A stretch of DNA of 64,000 nucleotides from contig JAHRHZ010000119.1 of NCBI GenBank assembly GCA_024137785.1, positions 3,618,171 through 3,682,170 of the forward strand, written 5' to 3'. Within the stretch, counting starts at the first letter, position 1; each line of letters opens with the position of its first letter. Shown here one piece after another: positions 47,100 through 57,451 of this stretch. The position numbers were made by a program, and so were the translations under genes. The DNA is from Ginglymostoma cirratum. Lineage: Eukaryota. A model generated the notes under the pieces. The model ran no database searches. It was not told the origin of the DNA and worked only from the letters and a program-made list of their open reading frames with translations.

Positions 47100-47380
47100 T
47101 TTCAGGGAGCAGGTAAGAGTCATCCACCTTGCTGTAGGTGTAGATCACTTGTACGCCAGGCGAGGTAGGGAAGAAATATTTCATTTACTAAAGGGCAACA
47201 GCCTTCAGAATTGATGATGGCTGTTGTGACCACCATTACTAAGACTAGTTTTATGTTCCAGATTTTCTTTCCATTGAACTTCAATTCCACTAGCTGCCGT
47301 GGTGGGTTTTAACTAAGGCCCCAGGGTATAATCTGTGTCTCGAGATTACTCGTCCACTAACACTGTACCACCATCTCTCC
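47100..47380 (-). mobile_element. tRNA-headed repeat fragment (SINE or LINE 5' end)
   Basis: Minus strand gagatggtggtacagtgttagtggacgagtaatc...aaacccaccacggcagctagtggaattgaa with Pol III A/B-box-like motifs; second copy at about 21870-22060. Confidence 0.55.
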
Positions 47381-48189
47381 TCAAAAAATAATTTGAGCTT
47401 GACACCAAGGCAGCTTTTGACTGAGTGAAAAACTGAAATCAATGTGAATCGGAGAAATGCTTTCTAACGGTTGTTGAGTTTTGTTGAATAGTGTTTCAAT
47501 ATACTCACAGTATCATCATCATGTAAACAAATAAACTAATTTATTAGCCCAGATGCTTATGTGCCTGAGGAATTCCACATTTGTAGATAATGGTTAGTTG
47601 TAATAAATATCTATTAGATTCCTCAATATTATAATACCCACACCCCTAAGGAGATAACCCCTCACACAGTAATTTGCAGCAAAGTAGTATGCTTCCACAA
47701 GGTTATCATGCTTCAAGTCTTCCAAGGTAGTTTGGCGTATGAGATCTTTATACCCTCAGTGATATCATGAACATATCTCTGTAAGGTATACTGACTGTGA
47801 CATGACAAAACACTTGTTGGAGGATGTCTAGCACAAAGGAAGATGGTTGGGCTTTTGGAGGCCAAACATCTCAGCTTGAGGACTTGTCCTGGGTACATAT
47901 TCAGCTGCTTTATCAATAATCTTTCCTCCATTATAGACTCATGTTGTTCAATGATAAATGTACAATATTCAAAGCCATTTGCAACTCTTCAGATGCCAGA
48001 GTTCATGTTCACATGCAGCAAAATCTGGACCACAATCAGATTACAGCTATTAAGCGGCAAGTGATATTCATGCCACGCAAATGCCAGACATTGGCCATCC
48101 GCATCAAGACACAATCTAACCATCTCCAAACGTCAACATTTTGGGAGTTACCTTTGATCAGAAATGTAACAGGACAAGCATCAAAAGTT

Positions 48190-48295
48190 CAAACACAGAG
48201 ATTGCTGAAGGAACTCAGCTAGTCTGGCAGCATCTGGGGAGAGAGAAACAGAGTTAACATTGTAAGTCTGGTATGATTTTTCTTCAGAACTGAAC
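48190..48295 (-). mobile_element. Penelope-derived hammerhead-bearing arm (decayed)
   Basis: Reverse complement cagttctgaagaaaaatcataccagactt...gttaactctg...cagatgctgccagac. Confidence 0.65.
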
Positions 48296-48780
48296 AAAGA
48301 ATGATTTTAGAAAAGCACATGCCCCATCTCAGAACCCTGAAAAAGACATGACAGTGGTTTTCTCTGCTTTGCTTTGGAACCCTCTGTTTTAATGTTCAAT
48401 TTCTTGTTGTAGAATTACGTATTGTGTATGTGATCATTGCATCAAAATGCACAACTTTCAATAATTTTTAAAATGAGACTAGAACGAGCTCGAAAGTTAT
48501 ATGTAGATTGAATGAAACCAAGTGAATTAAACATTGAGGCCAGGCGAAGTAAGAAAGAAACACTTCATTTACTAAAGTCATAACTTGGACGACAATCAAA
48601 GAAAAGATTGAGCCTCCTTGTATATCTGCTGAGATATACACAACCATGCACACTCACATGTGGTCATGACCCAGTGATTCTTTTTGGATTTATGCATATG
48701 ACGTCGGTTGGGGTTTTGAACGTTTATGAAACTAATTCAACATTCCTGTACATTTACACATCAATGTATCATAAGGTGTT

Positions 48781-48811
48781 GGGGGGGTGGTGGTGGTGGT
48801 GGTGGTGGGGG
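48781..48811 (+). repeat. (GGT)n microsatellite with G-run flanks
   Basis: gggggggtggtggtggtggtggtggtggggg. Confidence 0.9.
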
Positions 48812-50769
48812 TTTAGGGATGATGGACAAGGGCAGTTCCAGGGTATAGGATTCTTTCATTGATAAATTCATTAGTGAACTTTTTTTTGGTAGTACAATTC
48901 AGTTCCTTGGTTAAAGATAACGTCTAAACTATAGACTGTGAATGTAGAAACAGAGATGGTGAAGGTTCAAGAGAATAAGTAGAAAATTAATGAGTCCCAA
49001 ATAAAAATACAGGTCAACTTTTTCCTAAATTAAGAATTTGAATGCTTAAGTCATGACTCTAATCGTGAATTAACATTAATAAAATTGATTTAAAAGAGCT
49101 GATTAAACATTGAGTTGGGAGAGGAATTGTAGTTTATAGGCAAAATGATCAAACACTCAATGACAGCCAATCATTTCCAAAACTGGTTGGGGGGACACAG
49201 AATATCAACTACGGATAACAAATTGCCAAACTAGAATAATTACAAGTGCAAGGATTCAATATTGACTTAGTTTGGATCAAGAGAAAATCTTTCAAAAGCC
49301 AACTATCAGGTAATTGGATTGAAAATGCAATTAGACACATCATAAGAGATCTGTGAAATGATGTTTGTGAATGGTTTTTCTGGATACATGATGTTTTAAT
49401 ATAGCATGCTTAAAGAGAGAAGAAGGCTTGGCAAGGCTGACTATTAACAGGTCCAGGCAGCTGGCTGTGAGAAGGGTCATTTCTGTTGACTGCCTACCCC
49501 TCTTCTGTGGTTATATTTGAGCCCAGGTGTCCTTGGAGAAGGAGCATGTAGTGTCCATCAATGCTCCTTCCTGCCTTTAGAGAGAGGTGGGTACCGCAGT
49601 GGGGTGGAGTGCTTTATTCCCCCTCAAACTCCATCTTGATTTGATTTGATCCGTACCCTCCCCTCCCCTCCCCTTCACTTTTTCTTTCACATAGGCATTG
49701 CCCCTACTGGGTTCTGCCTGACAGTGGTTCCCTGGCCACATGGGTGTTTTTCCTGGTGGTGGAATATTTAATAAAATTGTTTACGCAACCGGTGTTTTTA
49801 CTGAGTCCTGCACTTGCACAGACACAACATAGGTGCTGTGGATAAAACCAAGCACTACTGTTGTATAGGAGTAGTGTAGGGGTATTTAAAAAAACCCATG
49901 AGATTAGGGAAAAAAAGAATGAGGGAAAAAAAAGGCTTAAATTTATATTGCATTTTTTGACTTTTACAGATAGAGCCAATGAAATAATAAAAACAAAAAT
50001 TCTGAAAACGAACAGCTGGTCAGTTGGACACTGAAAAAAGACAAATATGTTTTGGGTGTACACCATCATCAGAACCTCTGTCTTTCATAAGTTGGGTCAT
50101 TCAATAGGGAATTCAGCTCCTTGATCCTCTTCTGCTTTTCAGTTACATAATATATCTGTATATCCCCACTGAATTCAGGGAATGCACTAAGTTTATGCAA
50201 TGTGTCCTCAAAGTTTAATTATTTAAACCCTGATATCACAGTCAAAGAATCATTTAGGGCACAAAAGAACATCACTCAACCCATCAAGTCCATGTTAGCT
50301 TCTCACAGAACAATTTCATCAATCCCACTGCTGACTGAGTTCCTGTAGCCCTGCAAGTTTATTTATTTCAAGTGCCCAGACAATTTCCTTTTGAAATCTA
50401 TGATTCCAGATCCATCACACTTCTGGGCAGTGAAGAATCAGATCATTCTGATGAATGTACACTGTATTTCCTCCCCATCTCTGTCTCAACGATACTACAT
50501 AATTCTAATTGCAAATTGCAGCACTCTTGTCAGTCTTTGCTTGCTTTCAGGAATACTTACTGAAAATATGTATGGTTTTACTGGGATGAGAAGGAAAACA
50601 TTTAGCTTGTGAATTCCCATACCCAATACTCTCAGTCCAGTGGCTTCACATATGAATGCGCCCCTGACAGTATTTTTCCATTTTGCTTGGAACATTATTT
50701 ACAGATGTCTGTCACCCCTTGAGTAAAGTGTTTTTTCTGGTACGTATTGTGATTTCTTTCTTAATATTT

Positions 50770-51240
50770 TAATATTAAATCCATGGGACTTAAAACGTCT
50801 TTTCCTGTCCTCACTCCAATCTTGGTTCCATAGTGACGGACTCTATCCTTCTCCCATTCTGTTTGCAACCTTGGTGTCACATTTAATTTTGAGTTGAGAT
50901 TCTGACCTCAAATTTGCACTATTGCTAAGACTGCCAATTTCCACCTGGATAGCATTGTTCTATTACATCCCAGTCTTAGCTCCTTCAACACCTTAAATTC
51001 TGGGCTCTTGTGCATTTGCAATTATAATTGCTATACCAGTGGTAGCTCTGCCTTCAGTTGCATAGATCCCAACCTGTACAATTCCTAGCCCACACCGCTC
51101 TGCCTCTGTAGCTCACTATTTAAAGCCTGACATTTTTGATCATGCTTTCTAACATTTGATCTAATATCTCCTGAGTGTCATACTTTGCATGATTATGTCC
51201 TGTAGAGCACCTTATAACACTTCATGAGTTTAAAGGCACT
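50770..51240 (+). mobile_element. L2 LINE 3' fragment
   Basis: gtttgcaaccttggtgtcacattt (VxNLGVxF), aagactgccaatttccacct, ggtagctctgccttcagttg...tgtagagcacctt...aaggcactacataa (L2-type tail). Confidence 0.65.
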
Positions 51241-51254
51241 ACATAAGACCATTG

Positions 51255-51818
51255 AGCATTGGAGCTGGGACATCATGAGCTTGTACAGGATGTTGGTCAG
51301 GCCCCTTTTGAAGTACTGTGTACAGTTCTGATTGCCCTGCTATAAGAAGGATATTGTTAAATTGGAGAGGGTTCAGAAAAGATTTACTAGGATGTTGCCA
51401 GGACTGGAGAGTTTGAGTTAGAGGGAGAGGCTGGGAGTTTTTTCACTGTAGCTTAAGAGATTGAGCTGCGATCTTATTGAGGTTTATAAAATCGTGAGGG
51501 GCATAGATAAGGTTAATAGCAAAGGTCTTTTCCCTAGGATGGGGGAGTTTAAAACTAGGGGGCATAATTTTATGAGAGGAGCAAGATTTAAAAGGGACCT
51601 GAGGGACGCAGAGGGTGACTTGTGATGGGAATGAACTGCCAGAGGAAGTAGTAGTTGCAGGTATAGTTACAACATTTAAAAGACATTTCGACAGGTACAT
51701 GAATAGGAAATGGGCCAAACACAGGCAAGTGGGACTAGTTTAGTTTAGGAAACTTGGTTGGAATGGACGAGTTGGATTGAAGGGTCTGTTTCTGTGCTGT
51801 TTTACTCTACGACTCTAT
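51255..51818 (+). mobile_element. CR1/HER1-type LINE 3' fragment
   Basis: [41 protein letters not shown]; tail tgtttctgtgctgttttactctacgactctat. Confidence 0.88.
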
Positions 51819-52269
51819 AAACAAGTTGATGCTGGCTGTCCATAAGCCTGATTTACTTTGAAGTAATATTCTGGACCTACGTATCCCGTAAACATTTGAA
51901 GATTCCTTTAGCCTTTTTAAACACCTTCTACTAAGGCAGAAGAGCTTGAACTTCTCAAATATTTTCCCAGAGCTTGTTCACTTCACACTGGAGATCTTCC
52001 TCGTTGTTCCTTATAGATTTATTCTGTACCCTCAGCACTTTATTTGAAAACGTTGAAGAAAATTGAATACAGTCAGCTAAGCGAGATGAGACATATGCTT
52101 TTTCAAGTCATATCATAGCCTCTGCAGATTTCTATTCTGATTTGGTTGTGTTTCATTCACACTCACAAATTGCCAGTTTCCAATATTCCCATTTTCCGTT
52201 GAAGGATTGTCACGTGAGTTGGTGATATTTTAGATTCACTCCTGAGATGAGGGAATTATTGGGTTGCCC

Positions 52270-53160
52270 GCAATTATTGCCCATTCCTAATGCCCTTGAG
52301 AATGTGGTAATGAGCTACTTTTTGACCTGCTGTAGTCCATTTAGTGTAGGTACACCCACAACGGTGTTAGGAAGGGAGTTCCAGGATTTTCACCTTGTGA
52401 CACTGAAGCATTGATATATTTCCAAGCCGGGATAGTGAATACTTGGCGGGGAAATTGCAGTGGGTGGTGTTCCCAGGCATTTGCTATTCTTGTCCTCTTA
52501 GATGGAAATGGTCGTGGGTTTAGAAGATACTATCTCAGGAGCCTTCGTAAATTTCTGCAGTGCATCTGTATACAGTACACAATGCGATATTTTGCATCTG
52601 TGATGAATGTTTCTGGATGTGGTTCCTATCAAGTGGGCTGCTTTGGTCTGAATGGTGTAAAGCTTCTTGAGTGTTGTTGAGCTGAACTCATCTAGGCAAG
52701 TGAGTTACTTGTTGGAGGATTCCAAGGACTGAATTACTCTTGTCACCGCACAATTTGTAAAGCTAGTTCAGTTTCTGGCCAAAGGTAACCCAGAAGGTAT
52801 TGAGTAAGGAAGTCAGTGATGGTAATGTCATTGAATGTCAAAGCTATTTTTCTCTTTTTGGAGTTGATCATTGCCTGGTGCTCGTGTGGCGTGAATGTTA
52901 CCTGCTACTTGACAGCTATTGTCTGGGTCTTGTTACATTTGGACATGGCCTGCTTCAGTATCTGAGGAAGCTCAAATTATGCTGAACATTGTGTGGATGG
53001 TTGCTGATGATTGCACAATTATGGAGGGAAGGTCATTGATGAAACAGCTAAAGATGGCTGGTCTTCACACACTCCTGCCTGAGATGACTGACCTCCAACA
53101 AACACACCCATATTTCTTTGTGCTAGGTATAACTCTGACCAGAGTTTACCTCTGATTTCC
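52270..53160 (-). mobile_element. LINE 3' fragment (same family as 46045-46910)
   Basis: Begins with the reverse complement of the family tail (attgcccattcctaatgcccttgagaa) and is colinear with the 46.4-46.9 kb copy. Confidence 0.7.
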
Positions 53161-53699
53161 TGATTGTACTTTTGTGAAGGCTGTTTGATGGCACATTGGT
53201 CAAATACCTTAATAACCCTTTAATATTTTCCTAAGTTTAACTTATTTTCAACTCTGTAATTAAGCAACTACTTCTAATTCTCTGCTGTATCCAAGAATTG
53301 TACAGAGGTACTTGTACTTAAGATGTTGCTGTAAGAAGGCAGACATTGTAAAAGTTTTCACTGTACTTGTACAATGGAATACATGTGACAATGAAAGGGT
53401 ATTGATTATTTGATAAATGTGACCTTGATTTTCCGGTCAGCTCATCTCTGGAATGCTGGCCAGGTTTCTGAAGTAGAAGCCAAGCACATAGTCTTCTTGA
53501 CTTAATGCAAATTTAGTTTCTCAAATGTACCTTTTTCCCTATCAAGATTTTGACCGCAAAGGGCGACCCCAAATGGCAACTGTACATTTTAAAATCTATA
53601 GCAGCCTTCGCGTATTAGCAGTTATAAACACGAGGAAGCACCATACATGGATATACAATGCATACCTAGAACCACATTTTAAAAGATCAGATCCCAGCA

Positions 53700-53950
53700 T
53701 TCAGGATGTGATTGTGGACACCCCCTGACTCTATCTGCAGAGCTTCCCACCGGATTGCTGGCCGGCTCCATCCTTGCCTCCCACTCACTTCCGGCGTCTG
53801 GTTGCTGTGGAGACGGGTGTGGCGCGTTGCCCGCTGGGATGGTAGAAATGGCGGCCTTTCGAACGGTCTGTTCATGGGGCTTTGGCGAGGCCTGTTGCTT
53901 TCTTCTCGGTAATTGACGGTTTTGAGCCTCGTTTCACCCGCCTTTTTACA
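53700..53950 (+). promoter_or_regulatory. CpG-rich promoter / first exon of SFI1
   Basis: CpG cluster with ETS site cacttccgg (53786-53794), RFX X-box-like gttgctgtggagac (53801-53814) and YY1-like aaatggcggc (53846-53855). Donor TCG|gtaatt after 53908 and a strong acceptor ttttattgcag| before 54119. Confidence 0.75.
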
Positions 53951-54488
53951 CAGCGGTGTGAAATATGACCTTTCTGCCTCTCTCTCCCCACCCTCCATTT
54001 TTGTGTTAAGTCCGTGCACTTTTGAGAAAATGTTGCACGTATTTAGTAAGTACAGTTACAAGTTACTGGAAAATCACAGAATCATGCAACTTTTTTTTTG
54101 TTTGAATTTTTATTGCAGGGTTCATCTGAGTTCCATTTAGAAGAATTCGGTCATCTAAAGGACATAGCAGCAAGTGAACAAAGAAAACAAAATAATCACC
54201 TGAATAATCTGAGATATGAAGATTTGTTACATCCTTTCAAGCACGTACCATCTGAAGCCTAACAGTTACTTTCTGATTATTCCAATGCTGACTCATGAAC
54301 AGGCTCTGCCATCACAATATTTTTGTAGCTGTTTCAAAGTAAACAGTCAAATATGTTGTCAAATCAAGAGGCCATAGTTGAAGATTTGACAGCGAACTCA
54401 ACTGGAATTGCTGTAAAGAAACTTCACCGATCTTCTTGAGGATCATTGATGTTTCGTGTTAATTTATTTTTCACTCTTGTGGAATCAA

Positions 54489-54595
54489 ATGGAGCAAAAA
54501 ACAAATAAGATTACTTTAAGTTTGGCAAGGAGTCGAATTAGAAAGGACTTAGGAACAAAGAAAGATGATTGCTCATTGAAGAAAGATCATCAAAG
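54489..54595 (+). CDS. SFI1: SFI1 centrin-binding protein, probable first coding exon (MEQKTNKITLSLARSRIRKDLGTKKDDCSLKKDHQR)
   Basis: ATG in caaATGG context with an upstream in-frame TGA. AAG|gtaaat donor in phase 2, matching the phase of the next exon. The N-terminus itself is not recognisably conserved. Confidence 0.65.
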
Positions 54596-54659
54596 GTAAA
54601 TTGAGGAAAAAAAGTCAATGAAATAGACATTCTGCTCCAATGTCCTGTTTATAGTAGAA

Positions 54660-55120
54660 TTATAAAATTGTTACTGTAGAAAAGGAAGCCACTTGGCCCA
54701 TAATGTCTGTGTTGGTTCTTTGGAAGAACTGTTCAGTTCGTCTTGCAGATTTTCCCTTTTCACAATTATCGATTATCGATTATCAAATATCCTGTGGAAA
54801 GCTTTGAATTAGCCTCTGTCAGGTAGTGTATTGTAGATTACGTTCAGATACAGTGTATTGCATCCCTCTACATCCCTTGCACAGAATCTTATATCTGTGT
54901 CCCTGAGTCCTTGCACAATGAACTAATGAGAAGTGTTTTTCCTGATCTACCTCACCTGTCATAGTCTTGTACCTCTCTATCAAATCCTCTGTCTGTCTCC
55001 TTTGCTCCAAAGGAAACAAGCCTTCCAAACTAACCTTGTGACTAAAACCAAACCTTTCATCGTTGTAACCATTCTATCAAATCTTCTCTGTGCTTTCTTG
55101 AGGATCTTCATACCTTTCTG
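54660..55120 (-). mobile_element. Degraded CR1 3' fragment
   Basis: ORF track LEQRRQTEDLIERYKTMTG...TQGHRYK. Confidence 0.7.
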
Positions 55121-55364
55121 AAACTGCCACTTGTTGAGATGTTTTATCGTTGCCATTGGAGCTTTGAAGGTAACTTATTTTATCATTTACGTGCACTTGC
55201 CAGGTTTTAGAACAGGAGTACAGGGATTAATTTTTATCGACGGACAGAATTAGTACCTCATTATTGGCTTCATCTGCATGGACTAGAAATTTACTGCTAT
55301 TTTAGAAGTAATTTCAAAGATTTACAACCTTTGACTGGGCTGTCTCTGATTCCTTTTTCACCAA

Positions 55365-56580
55365 CAGGTCCCCCTGCCATGGTTGACAGGGCCCTCAACT
55401 GGGTCTGACCCATATCTCGCACTAAAAGCACAGCAGATCAGACAGCGTCCGAGGAACAGGAAAATCAATGTTTTGGGCCGAAACGTTGACTTCCCTGCTC
55501 CTCAGTTACTGCCTGATCTGATGTGCTTTTCTAGCCTCATGCCTATAGACTATGATTTCCAGCGTCTGCAGTCCTTGTTTTCTCCATGTCTCACACTTCT
55601 GCCCTCACCTTTTTCACCACTTTCCCAGACAATAGGGTTCTCCTTGTACTCATTTTCCACCCAATCTGCCTTTGCATGCAAACGTTCATTTTTTGCCATT
55701 TGCACCCCCTTCACCAGGACACCACATCTTCCCTTCCTCTGTCAGCACTCCACAGAGACTGTTCTGTCTGCAACATCTTGGTCCACACTTCCAAAACTCC
55801 TAACATTTCTTTACTCCCCAGTGGCAGCCTTCCCATGCAATTGCAGAAGTTGTAACACCTGCCCAATTACCCTCTTCCCTCACTATCTAAGGCTCCAAAC
55901 ACACATGAGGCATGATTTTCCTTGTACTTCTTTCCATCTAGTTTTACTGTATTTGCTGCTGTCAATGTGGTCTATTTTACGCAGGTGAGACCAAACACAG
56001 ACTGGGTGACTGCTTTGTGAAACACCTCCACTTTGTTGATCGGAATCACCCCAGACTTCCAGATACTTACCATTTCAATAAAACCACCATGCTCCTATGC
56101 TGGTATTTCTGTCCTTGGCCTACCATACTGTTCTAATGAAGCTCAATGCAAAGCTAGGGGAACAACACCTCATTTTATGTTTAGGCACTGTCCAGCCTCG
56201 AGAACGCAATGCTGAATTCCACAACTTCAGAGTATGTCCTCTGTACTCAATTTTTCTTAAATCGCCTCACCTTCCCTCGCCTGAGTCTTTTTGGGTTTGC
56301 TCTCAGTAGAGGACCCATTTGCTCCTTTTTACAGCTAACATTTACACCTGTTTTGCATATCTAGCACTCCTTCATCAGGATTGTCACTGCCTTCATCTTT
56401 AACCCTGAGTTCCCTCGCAATCTGTTTCACTTGCTTCTCTTCCCGCCTCTGTCTATAGCAGGAAAATCACAATTTTCCAGTCCTTTACAGTTCCGACCAA
56501 AAAAACACGCTAGACTTGAAATGTCTGTTTCTCTTCCACAAATGCTGCCAGGCCTGCTGAGTTTCTCCAGCATATTCAAT
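55365..56580 (+). mobile_element. Penelope-like element fragment (Neptune-type Cys-rich linker plus GIY-YIG endonuclease), with a nested palindromic element at 55424-55583
   Basis: RVLLVLIFHP, FPCNCRSCNTCP, FPCTS.../CQCGLFYAGETKHRLGDCFVKHL, then a family tail with a decayed hammerhead at about 56485-56575. The nested palindrome has an imperfect 14-bp TSD (ccatatctcgcact 55410-55423; ccatgtctcacact 55584-55597). Confidence 0.82.
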
Positions 56581-56896
56581 TTTTATAACACACCACTCAG
56601 TTTTTCCAAACCCTTGCAAGGACAGCCGTGCCCTCAGAAGGTGTAACAAATGCTGACTCGCCAGCATTGCTTGCATCCCATGAAGTAATTGAAAAATGTT
56701 GGTGTGATCTGAGAATTCACTTGATTGTAAGCTGGCACAGGATGGAGACCTGTGGCAAATCACTGCTTTTATGTGATCTTGGCTGAGAAATAACTAAAAA
56801 GCTCAGTTTCTTGTTGACTTGTTGTTTACGAGATTAGTTATGTTGCTTGTGATGTTTTGGTAAGGGTTGACATGATTCTATCCTTTGATTCTCCAG

Positions 56897-57067
56897 GGCT
56901 GTGTTGGTGAGCTCAAGAGTAAAAAGCCAGCTTCCCAAAAGCATATCCCAGGAACATGCCATAAAGCGCGGTGGGATTAATGTATATTGTGTCAAAAAGA
57001 GTTTGATTCGAGACAGGGTGAATTACACCTGGAACAGAGGTGGGCGATTAAAGGAACTTCGCATAAG
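56897..57067 (+). CDS. SFI1: SFI1 coding exon (AVLVSSRVKSQ...RDRVNYTWNRGGRLKELRIR); gene continues off-window
   Basis: tttgattctccag|G acceptor, AAG|gtaaaa donor; 171 nt, phase 2->2, open. The end matches recalled human SFI1 ...TRQGRLRELRIR. The head-to-head arrangement with EIF4ENIF1 matches known human synteny. Confidence 0.88.
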
Positions 57068-57451
57068 GTAAAATCTGCAGTTAATGGGCCCTGAAAGACC
57101 CTTCTTCCATTTTAGAGGCCAGCTTTTTGACACTTGTTTGTGCAAAGTCACTGAAATGAAGTCAGCGTGTGAAAAGGTTTCTTGGACTGTTTAGCATCTG
57201 AATTGGAGTTATTCAAAAGTCAATCATTTTGCATCTAAACTCTTTTTTTTTTTTGGGGAGATTATAGCAAACATTGATCATGATGTGTAAATAACTTATT
57301 TCTGCTATTTCTGTATTAAAGTTGCTTCTCTTATCGCAGTAGCTGTAGTTATCTGAATTGATGTTGCTATCTCAACTTTCCCACGGACTTTGTTGGACTG
57401 TGGGCCTTTTCTACCTCACTTTCGTCCGTGGATGATTTCCGCTGATTTCAT

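Noticed and set aside
49538-49570. 10-bp hairpin gaaggagcat...atgctccttc in a GC-richer intergenic patch
   Set aside because: An isolated short stem with no other supporting structure; expected by chance in 64 kb.
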